Shown here one piece after another: positions 51,139 through 61,671 of a stretch of DNA of 64,000 bases. The translations under genes were made by a program, and so were the position numbers. This DNA comes from Phaeosaccion multiseriatum (lineage: Eukaryota > Protista > Ochrophyta, other classes). Location of the stretch: positions 1,736,001 to 1,800,000 of the forward strand of contig OZ218958.1 of NCBI GenBank assembly GCA_965112735.1, given 5' to 3'. The number at the start of each line of letters is the position of its first letter. Within the stretch, counting starts at the first letter, position 1. The notes under the pieces were generated by a model. That model saw only the letters and a list, made by a program, of their open reading frames with translations, searched no databases and was not told the origin of the DNA.

Positions 51139-54100
51139 ATGGCGGCACCCCCTCCACAGCAGCTTCCGCGGAGGCGGTTGCAAGGTGGGAACGGCATCGG
51201 GCCCCCGCCGATGTCGGCGCCGAGCCTAGGACAATCTTACGGGCAGGGTCCACCAGGCCCGCCTCCGATAGGACCTCCACCCGGAGTAGGGCATCCACAA
51301 CCGCCACCACCACTTCCCGATCGGCCAATACCAGCAGCCAACAACAGTAGCAGTAGTAGTAGTAGTAGCAGCAGCGGCATGAAGAGTAGACTATCTTCCA
51401 GCAGATTGTCATCTTCCACGTCCTTCCCCTCCATGGCGTCGATGGCAGCCGCCCCTCCGCCGGTCCAGCATCACCCTTTCCCTGCCCCCCACCTTCCTGC
51501 CACCTCTCACGACCACCACCAGCACCAGCACCAACACTACCAGCACCAAGAGCAGCAACACCACCAGCAGCAGCACTTACTGCATCAGCAGAATCAGCCC
51601 CCGCCACACGCCGTGACGAGCCAGCAGTACCCACAGTCCAACAGATCGTTCCCTCTTCTGTCCCCTCTGGAGTGGGACATGAACGGGGCGAAGAGCTTTG
51701 TACGAGACACCGCCGCGAAGATTGAAGGCGTGGTGTCTGGCTCTGGGAGCAGCGGTGGTAGCAGTGGGTCTGCGGCAGATGGAAAGGAGATTTTCAGGTG
51801 AGTCCTGCTCTGATGCCACTGCTGCCACTGCTGCCGCTGCTGCTTGGCGACGATGATGTCGTGGGGTCCTTTTTAGTGGGAAGAGGGTGTAGTCAGTCCA
51901 AAAGCTACCATCCCCAACCTTTTTCTGTCTGTGCCCTTCCTCTGCCCTCCCCAAAGTCATAACTTTTTCTCTTCTTCACCACAAGCAATAACCCACAACT
52001 CTCTCGACCTTACCCTTACGCTTTTTCCCATCTCTCGTACCCCCTCCTCTGCACAACACAACTCACAACACCTTCTACTCTGCCCACACCCCACGTTATC
52101 TATTACCACCCCTCCTACCCTCCAATATCGACCCCCTCTACCCTCTAATATCGACCCCTCCCTCCTCTAATATCGACCCCCTCTACCCTCTAGTATCGAC
52201 CCCTCCCTCCTCTAATATCGACCCCCTCGACCCTCTAGTATCGACCCCTCCCTCCTCTAATATCGACCCCCTCGACCCTCTAATATCGAACCCCTCCTAC
52301 CTGCCACACCCCTTCTCCCTCGATAACAAACAAACAACAAACAAAACAAAAGGACGGCTGTGATAAGGACGATTATGTCAGTGGGAGCGGCCGTGCTGTT
52401 CGGTATAGGCACGTGGGCGGTGCTGGGCAAACAGGCGGGGACGGAGTTCTTCGCAGGGTACCTTGTGGAGCAGTCGCTATCTGTGGACAACCTGTTTGTC
52501 TTTGTCATGCTCTTCGACTACTTCGCTGTACCCGTTGAGGTAAGTAGGTGGGTGGGTGGGAGTGAGAGGGGTGGAGTTAGGTGGGGTGGGTGTGAGGGGA
52601 TATGAGGTGGGAGAAGGGCTCTCTGCCTCCCCCCCCCCCCCCCTCCTTTCCTCCCCATTGTCCTCCCTGCTGTATCCGTATCACCAATGGCTGCTGTATC
52701 ACCAACCGCTGTTGCTCTGCTGCCACTGCTGTTGCCTTGTTTGCCCTCTGCCCAGCACCAAGGGCGTGTGCTGACGTGGGGGATAATCGGAGCCGTACTC
52801 ATGAGGGGCATCATGATTGCAATGGGTGAGGGACACCCAAGGCAAGGCAGAGGCAGAGGTAGTAGGGGCTTGCGACTGTGCTAATCGTACTACTGCCTGA
52901 TGTTAAAAGAAGAACAAATAATGTAATAATGTATATGGTGTCACACTACTAACACAACTACTTCTTATGGTCACTTTATGCTTGACTTCTACTGGCTGTG
53001 CTGTGCGTGGTCTTCGCTTTTGCCATACACTACACAGGGGTTGCGGTAGTCAAGTCGTTCCGATGGTGTATAGTCTTCTTCGCGGGCATCCTGCTGGTCA
53101 GCGCGTGGAAGCTGCTCACGGAGGAGGAAGGGGACCATGACCTCACCCACAACACCGTCGTCATGTAAGTCAGTGGGTAAGATGGAGAGAGAGAGAGAGT
53201 GGGAAGGTATCAATGAGGGGGATACAGAGGGATAGAGGGAGAGAGAGATTGGGAATTCATCAATCAATCGGTCACTCGAAGAAGAAGGTGCAGGTGCTCG
53301 TGTTGGTGCTACCACGAACTGAGCTTGCTTGCCTGGGCCATAGTGTGGTGGAAGCGAAGCGTTCGTGTGGGCTGCCTCAGGACCGCCCTTCGATACAGAG
53401 AAGTTCGATACTGATCATCGCTGTTCGATACTGATCATCGATGTTCGATACTGATCATCGATGTTCGATACTGATCATCGATGTTGCTGCACTTCCTCCT
53501 CGGGGCCAAGGAACCTCACACACTCGCTCTCTCGATGCTTCGCTTCCTTCCTTGCATCGTCTTGTTTCGTTTCGTCTCCGTTACACCACAGCATGGCGAA
53601 GAAGATGGTGGGAGCCGTAGACAGGTAAGACGGTATAGCAGTGAGTCATGCGAGCTAGAGCAGTACCCCCGTCCGGGCCACGTCTATCCACCTCTGACCC
53701 TGCAGATAGGAGCTCACGCAGCACCTCAGCGTGTCCTTTCAGCGCTGCCATCATGACGTGGAAGCTTAGCTGATGTGGACTGGACCTGGGGTGGCGCTTC
53801 TACGCTTCCACAACTCACTCTCTTTCTTCTTCTTCTCCTCCTCCTCCTCCTCCTCCTCCTCCTCCTCCTCCTCCTCCTCCTCCTCCTCCTCCTCCTCCTC
53901 CTCCTCCTCCTCCTCCTCCTCCTCCTCCTCCTCATCCTAACGATTAATCTCGCTGTCGTTCGTTGTGCGTTGTCATACCATCATGCTGCTGTCATACCGA
54001 GCAGATACGACGGCGACAAGTTCTTCACCACAGTGGCGGACCTTGGCAAGGGAAGGTCTCGCCGTGTGGCCACCCCTCTGCTGCTCTGCTTGGTAAGTAC

Positions 54101-55015
54101 ATGTTTTTCCTGTCGATGCTTTTCTCATGGGCTATTCCTTTAGTCAACTGAGCTCACGGGCCATTCTCTGTCATGCAATGGGTATCTCCATACCCACTTG
54201 CATCTCCCTCCCTCCCTCTCTCTCTTCTCCTTCCCCCTCCCTCCCTCCCTCTCTCCCTTCTCTATCCCTCCGTCTGTCCCTCCCCCTCTCCAACACCCTC
54301 CCAAATCAGGTGTGCATCGAGCTCAGCGACTTTGTCTTCGCCGTGGACTCTATCCCCGCAGTATTGGGTGTGACGCAGGAGCCATTCATCGTATACAGCA
54401 GCAACATATTCGCCATCCTTGCCCTCCGCTCCATCTATACCATCATCGCCCGCGCCGCACAGCAACTTCCTTATCTCAAACCCGCTGTGGCCATGGTATT
54501 GGGTTTTGTAGGTGTCAAAATGCTGCTCGAATTTGCCGGGTTGGAGATCTCCACAACCGTGAGCTTGGGTGTCGTCGTCCTCCTGTGAGTCTTGGTTCGT
54601 GAGAGGAGTTTGAGTGAGAGGTGGAGGGGGAGGGGTGGAGGGAGGGGGGAGGGGGATGGCGGAGTGGGAGGGGTGTTTTTCTTATGCCTTCTGTCGTGCT
54701 TCGCGTTTGCCCTTTGTGGTGACCCACTCGTCCTCACCCCTCCCTCACCCCGCCCCGCTCTACCCCCTACTTCCTTCCTTCCTTCCTTCCTTCCACTCCC
54801 CCTCTTCCTTGGGGTCCTTTCCTTCGTTCCTTCCTTCCTCCCCCCCTCTTCCCCCCCCCCCCCCCCGACACGCTGTCAGCTTGACTGGGGGTGTGGTGTT
54901 CAGCCTCATGGGCAGTTGTTATAAAGCACGCTTCAAGAGGAAAGACAGTGATTCGGATCTGTTCGGGCATATCGGCAGTGAAGGAGGTCTGAGTTCCATG
55001 CCTTCCACGGCTTAG
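51139..55015 (+). CDS. TerC/Alx-family integral membrane protein with a Pro/Ser/Gln-rich N-terminal extension, 8 exons
   Basis: [110 protein letters not shown]. Exons 51139-51797, 52353-52539, 52756-52825, 53038-53164, 53592-53624, 54005-54092, 54310-54584, 54880-55015. Confidence 0.92.
52125..52292. repeat. Intronic minisatellite with ~20-21-bp units built on AATATCGACCCC
   Basis: About 8 imperfect units are visible. Confidence 0.85.
53403..53485. repeat. Intronic 20-bp minisatellite (GTTCGATACTGATCATCGAT) x4
   Basis: Directly visible. Confidence 0.9.
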
Positions 55016-55893
55016 CGAAGAGCTGCGTAGTCACTCAGCTGGCGCGTGTCGATGTCGAGATCGATATCATCGACATTGGCAATATAGAGGTTATGTTGAT
55101 AGAGGTGAAGAAGAATGAAAACTGAAACTGCATAGCTGGCTCTGCTTGGTCACCCCTCCCCCTTCTTCTCGCGTCATCTCGATGTACGCACACAGAAGCT
55201 CTGAGGCGAACGAATACTAACACTATTGGGTTTGGTGTTTGCTGATCCGATTCACAGATCCCGATCCCAGGAGGGGGGACGGAAGTTCCATTTCGTGGGT
55301 GAGAGGGCAGCGGCAAGCTTGAAGCCTGTGTTGAGCGCAGACAGACGCGACGGCGCAGCTTCTGCCTAGATGAGAGGTGCCTGCCTTTGGTCTCCACACG
55401 AGCACAACCCCCGCCTAGGACCTGGCGTTCACCTTCGCTATTGTGTGATTACACTGTAGCAGGGCAAAACCCTTCTCTAAGATACGACTGCTTGCTGTGC
55501 CCGCATGCCCCACCCTGGAAGCCCTCGGCCTCTGTCCATCGGGATTACACTCTCCCCCTTCAAACGAGCTCACCCTCACTCTCACCCCCCCCCTCAAGCT
55601 ATACACTTCATCCATTGGTCCCGTAAGCTACACACGTGACTCCCCTCCCCCCCCGGACCCGCTACCTCCTGTACTCCTTTCGACAGAGCATCGCAATCAC
55701 TTCACCGCTCTTACACCAAGCCAGTGTGCCGTGGGCTGCCGAGTCTCTCTCTCGCATCGCATCCTGATGTACAGGCTCACTCGCATGGGCTGCATGACTG
55801 GTGCAAGTGAGCAGCTGGAGCGGTACTCTTTCGTTGCCAAAGTCGTCGTTGCCCTAGCTACCAGCCCCCACCTCACACATCTCTCCTGCTCGC

Positions 55894-57393
55894 TCAGCCC
55901 ATCTCCTCCGCCATGCTCTCCCACGTCTCGCTCCCCACACTCCAGGGCCTCTCCAGCGGCAGGATTCCGCTCTCCTTGCCGAAGGTCGGATCCGTCCTTC
56001 GCATGAGGTCCAGCGCGGTTTGGGACCGGAAGAAGGCTGCTGCCGCCTCCATAAGTCGCTGCTCGATGCCGAGGCCGGGCTGACACCGCCGTGCCCCAGC
56101 CAAGGCCTTGTCCACCGAAGCATCGGCCGAGAGGAGCTGCCGCGCAGTCCCGTGGTGGTCTGTGAAGATGGCAGCAAAGAGAGGAGTCATACCGTTTGAT
56201 GACGTGATATCGATGGGGGATCCCGCAGAGATGAGACGAGCGACGGCGGCCTCGTGCCCATGGTGCGCGGCGAGGTAGAGGGCTGAATTGCCCTTGTTGG
56301 TCCTTTTGTCTACACGTGCTCCCGCAGAGAGAAGCTTCTCCACCACGGCGTCGCGCCCTGCCTGACAGGCATGGTGAAGAGGAGTGACACCGTGGACGTC
56401 AGCCTTGTCGATGCTGGCGTGGGCCCTCATGAGCTGCTGTACGATGCCCGCATGCCCATTGAACGATGCCTGATGAAGCGGAGTTCTCCCTTGATTATCT
56501 GCGTGGTTCACATCCGCTTGGGCTGAGATGAGGTGCCTTACAACATAGCCATGTCCGTTCTGAGAGGCATACCAAATCGAAGACAAGCCCTGCTTGTCCG
56601 CCACGTCGACGTTAGCGCGCGCCGAAAGCAGCTGCTGCACTGTCGTGGAGTGCCCCATGTCTGATGCCATAATCAAGGGAGTAACTCCTGTGCCACTCGC
56701 TTGGTCGACAGGGGCTCCCATGTCCAACAGCCGCCTCACCACCTGATCGTGTCCGTTGCCGCTAGCGGCTATCAATGGCGTGTTTCTATCGGGTCCCCCT
56801 CTGGTGCTGAAGGAGGCCCCTTCCCGCAGCAGCAGGTCCATGACATCCAGCCGACCGTCTCCTGCAGCCGCAAGCATAGCGGTATGTTCGTGTTCGTCGA
56901 TAGGCTGATCCAAACTCGCTTTACCATGTTTGGCGATGAGCTTGGTAACCAGTGCTCTCACATTGGGGAAGCTCTCCCATCTGTCCAGGGCCTGCCCCAG
57001 CCGCCGCGCCTGGTGTTGTTGAGGGAAACGAGGATGGGGGGGAGAGACGCATATACATAGGCTATAAGGGATCAGCAGGAAGCTGCTCACTGCTTCGATA
57101 CGTGAGCATCCCACTGCAGCCATCGTATCCACAAACCCCTCCCTCGCTCTGCTCTCTTCGAAACACAAGAGTCCATTTGTTTTCTCAAAGGCGGGGGGAG
57201 AGGCGCATAGGCTACACCGGATTAAAAGGGATCAACGGAGAGCTGCCTGTTGCGTCGACACGTGAGCATCCCACCGCAGCTAATCGTATCCGCAGAAGGA
57301 CCCCTCTCCTTGCTCTACGCTTTCCAAAGAACACCTGTCTCACAGGAGGGCGCTAGGTCGTACCTCGGGCGTTAAAGTTGCCTGCTGCGCCAT
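55894..57393 (-). CDS. Ankyrin-repeat protein, copy A (~8 repeats), 2 exons
   Basis: Repeats of the G.TPL..A...GH...V..LL..GA.VD type. Exon 1 is 57393-57364 (MAQQATLTPE, donor GTACGA). Exon 2 is 57009-55894. Confidence 0.88.
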
Positions 57394-57530
57394 GGTGAGC
57401 AAGCGACCCCTCCCTTGAGACGGTAGTGCTGACAAGGGGGCTACAGAAGGCCCTCTCCCTGCTGCGCCTGCTGTGCAGTAGTCGGTCGCTCTGCCTTTCT
57501 TATCAGGCCTCCCCGCTGATACAATTAGTT

Positions 57531-60500
57531 ATGGAGGCCTCTGAAGGCATTGGGTTTGGTGATCCGATTCACAGATCCCGATCCCAGGGGGGGGGAGTTC
57601 CTTGCGAGAGCAAGCAGAGCAGAGCAGGGAGGGTCATGGGAGGAGAAGGTAAAGGGCAAGCAGGAGCAGGAGCCGCTGTATGGACTCCTCTCCCTCCCGC
57701 GAGACCAGCGGAGCCCTTCACCTTCTCCCCCCTTCTCCTGCAGGGCCTGGGCATCAGCACTCCCTCCCCCGGTACGGCTCTGCCCTTCCAGCCCCCCTGG
57801 ACCGATTCCGAGGGCCTGGCCCCGTGGAGCACCACGAATGCGGAGTGGTGGCGAGTGCGTGAGGGGTTCGTGAGCGAGCCAAGCTGTAAGCTCCCTGCTT
57901 TCGGCTAGATACAGCCTCACCTCCTCTTTAGGAGAGCTTCACTCGCCCACTCGCTTCCCCTCCCCCGCCCACCCCACCTCCCATACCCCATATCCCACAA
58001 CCCCACAGCCGCTCAAACTCGTTCATTCTCCGGGCAGACAGGAGCTCCGCGTCGTCAGCGGGAGAAGGAAAGGGAGAAGGAGAGGGGTTGGGTAGCCGCA
58101 TGCCGTCGCGAGGAGAGCATGTAGACGAACTCGAAACCGAACTCGATGCCGATGCCGATGTCAATGTCGATGTCGAAGGCGCGCCCCTGGAGGAAGCAGG
58201 GGTGATGGGTGCCTCCTCCTCTTTCTCCTCGTCCTCCCACGCGGCCTTGTTGCAGCGCATGGGTCTCGTGATACCCAAGTTTGGCCGTGTGCAGCAGTAT
58301 GAAGACCTGCAGCGGGAGCTGGAGATGGTCAGGGGGGAGGAGGAGAAGGACTACGCAGGAGGAGGGAGGAGACTAGAGGGCAGGGCTCTAGGCGGGGACA
58401 GACGACTCGGCCTGCCAGCGCTCGGCCTCGGATGGAGGGGGGCGCCGGGCAGACCCAGGGGGGGCAGGGTGAGCAGGCACGAAGGAAGCAAGTGGCTGTG
58501 GATGAAAGTTGAGGGCTGAAGGCTGAATGACAGCATGACAGCAGCTGTCAAGGCCGAGTGGGGATGGAGGGGGGTCGGTACCAGGATGTTGGGGGTGTTA
58601 GAAGTCGAGCTTTTGCTAGACTGATACCCACACTCTGAATTCAGACCGGGAGGTAAGCACAGGCGCAAGGCGCCAAGGTGGATAATGAACAATTGAGTCC
58701 TTTTCGTCCTTCTTTCTCTCTGCCCCTCTCTCTGTCGCTCTCGCTCACTCGTATCTCTCTCTCTCGCTTTCTCTCCCTCCTTCTCCCTCTCTCTCCCCTC
58801 TCTCTCGCTCTCGTCACCTGCCTCTCTCTCCCACCTTTCCTCCCTCCCTCTCTCTCTCTCTCCTTTCCCCCCCCCCCCTCCCTCCGTCCGTGGGCCACAG
58901 ACGCGTACACCGCTCTGTTTCGACAGCAGGCCAGGCAGCGCTTGCAGCGCCCGCGCCATGAAGAGGCGGAACGAACAGATGCAGCAGCGCATAGGGGGCA
59001 AGGGCGGCAGAGAGGGAGGGCTGCTGATGCGGGGGGCGGCAGCGGTTCAGCAGCAACAGCGGCAATCGGGCCAAGCCTCTGCTCTGCGGTGAGGGAGGGG
59101 AGGGAGGGAGAGAGCGAGTTGGTGATACAGAGGGAGGGAGTGAGCGAGTGGGAGTAAATGGGTGCGGGAGGAAGTGAGGGAGCGAGAGCGGGGGGGCGAA
59201 GGAAGGAAGAAGGATAGCAGCGTCGCCAGCACGGCAGTGAGGTCTCGCAACAGAGAAGACAGCGACGTGTGTATTAAATGAGCAATTGATGCCCTCGCAC
59301 CCCGTACCTGGTCCTGTGTGTGCTCTGCTGCTCTGCTGCTCTGCCGCACCATTCATGTCTGCTCGATCCTGCTCTACGCGGCTCTATCCCACTCCTTTCT
59401 GCTCCCCATCTCTCATCGCAAAGGCCAAGCTTCGGAGTCGTCGGGAGAAGCAGCAGCAGCGGCGAGCAGCCGCCATCGCGGCGAAGACGTTGTGGGATCC
59501 AGCACGGCCAGAGGAGGAGCAAGGCCGGTGACGGCTGTTGCCGCTGTACCACCAACTGTTGTATCTCGAGACGATGTGCTGGAGTGGGGTAAGCAGATCG
59601 AAATGGCACTGTACAGGAGGGCAGAGCTCGTCGAAGGCGGCAAGATGTTCGCCGTCAATGGAGGGTGAGGGGAGAGGAGGGGGGAAGGGGTGAGGGAGGG
59701 AAGGAGGGAGGGAGGGAGGGAGGGAGGGAGGGGGTGAGGGATATCGCAGAGAGGATAGAGTATGCGATGGATCCAACGCTCGAGGGGATGTACCGACGAA
59801 ACGATGGGGTGACTCCCCGCAGCACGATGGTGCGCTCTGCTCTACCCCTCTTGACATATGCTTCCTCCCTCCCTCCTTCCATCCTTCCTTCCTTCCTTCC
59901 TTCCTTCCTTCCTTCCTTCCTTCCTTCCTTCCTTCCTTCCTTCCTTCCTTCCTTCATTCCTTCCTTCAAATCATTGACTTAGCGTTCACTCTGACGACCT
60001 CCTCCCCCCCTCTCTCCTCTTCTCCACCCTCTCCACCTCCCCCTCCTCTCTGCCCACGCTTCCTCCCTTTTCTCCGCTGCTGCCAGGGAACAAGTACGCT
60101 CATCGAAGAAGATCCTTCCGCCGCCGCCGCCGGAGTGTCTTCCTTGCACAGAGACCGTTCCAGATCTGTACAACCGCTTCGACGCGCACCCTTGGACTCC
60201 GCGCGGAGCGGTCTGCGATCGTTCCGGGCCTCACGATCCCCCGGGGCGGAGAGGAGGGGGCGGGAGGAGGATACGTTGGGTGGAGGGCCAGGGGGAGGGG
60301 GGAGCATGAGCCATCGGAGAGTTCCCAATCTCGCCATTGGGGGGGGGGGGGAGAAGCTCTGTCTCTGTTTCTGTCTATGGCTCCAACACTCAGGAGGAGG
60401 GGGAGTGGGGCGTCACAAATGGCTTCAGTATCACCAACACCAGGACGGGGAGAGGGGGTGGGAGGGGAGGACGCGGCATTGGACTTGGGTATCAGCAGAG

Positions 60501-60680
60501 GCCCATTGGAAGCCCCGTCACAGGGACGGGCAGGAGAGAGAAGGAGGAGGTATCAGAGGTGGTAGTGGTGGTGGTGACCGGGTTGGTGCTGGGCCGGCGT
60601 CAGCCCCTGTGAGTCGGGTGGGAGGGGTGAAGGCGGGGGTAGCGGGGGAGAGGAGGGAGGGACGCCGCGAGGGAGGGTAG
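57531..60680 (+). CDS. Hypothetical low-complexity protein (multi-exon, structure uncertain)
   Basis: ATG at 57531 is head-to-head with ankyrin A. Coding-like blocks lie at ~57531-57885, ~58020-58650, ~58900-59088, ~59424-59664 (DDVLEWGKQIEMALYRRAEL) and ~60088-60680, separated by GT-AG introns with the usual microsatellite polarity. Confidence 0.4.
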
Positions 60681-61671
60681 CAGGAGGAGGGGCAAGAGGA
60701 GGAGTAAGGGAGGAAGAGGATGAGGAGGAGGCGGGTAGGGCGGGTAGACGAGGAATCCATCCTCACTCAATCACTCACTCACGTTTTCACTTTCTAGCTC
60801 TATTCTATAAACGAAGTCCAGAGAGCAAATGCAATACACATGCTTCTCCAAGGTCGAGAGGCAAGCAGCAAGATCCACAGATGGATACAATTGCGGCACT
60901 CCGTACCCACTGCCTCCCCGCTACTCTCTTCCGTCCGCTAGGAAACATGGCTCACCCGTACGCTTCTTTCTGATCCCCACTTGATGTTGCCGAGGGCAGG
61001 GCTCTCTTCACACGAGGGGGCACAAATAGAGACCAAAAAGAGCCGGGGGGCATTGGGGAAGTCACTGAGTACCAGCTTATCTTGTTTACGTAATCTTTCG
61101 TAATAGCAAAGTGTTTCATCAGTCACTGAGTACGCATAGACTCGATTGGGGGGAGCTTGCCTTTTGTCTCCACTCGAGCACAACCCCCGCCTAGGACCTG
61201 GCGTTCACCTTCGCCATTGTGTGATTAGCAGGGCAGTACCCTTCTCTAAGATACGACTACTTGCTGTGCCCGCATGCCCCACCCTGGAAGCCCTCGGCCT
61301 CTATCCATCGGGATTACACTCTCCCCCTTCAAACGAGCTGACCCTCCCTCTCACCCCCCCCCTCAAGCTGTACACTTCATCCATTGGTCCCGTAAGCTAC
61401 GATACACACGTGACTCCCCTCCCCCCCCGGACCCCCTACCTCCTGTACTCCGCTCCTCTCTGCGACAGGGCATCGCAATCACTTCACCGCTCTTCCACCA
61501 AGCCAGTGTGCCGCGGGCAGTCTCTCTCTCGCATCGCATCCTGATGTACAGGCTCACTCGCATGGGCTACATGGCTGGTGCAAGTGAACAAGCTGGAGCG
61601 GTACTGTTTCGTTGCCAAAGTCGTCGTTGCCCTAGCTACCAGCCCCCACCTCGCACATCCCTCCTGCTCCC

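Noticed and set aside
8831-55015. Selenium/tellurium gene cluster (eEFSec plus TerC)
   Set aside because: The genes are ~37 kb apart with unrelated genes between them. TerC proteins are mostly linked to Mn or membrane-protein biogenesis, and no selenoprotein gene or tRNA-Sec was seen.
55700-55900. TGA stops of the ankyrin genes as possible Sec codons with a conserved 3' SECIS
   Set aside because: Further in-frame stops follow within a few codons and I could not identify a SECIS core. The 3' conservation is explained by recent duplication.
59560-59664. DDVLEWGKQIEMALY as a TFIIS central-domain motif
   Set aside because: The expected downstream Y..K.RS..FNL-like motif was not found, so the match is too short to support.
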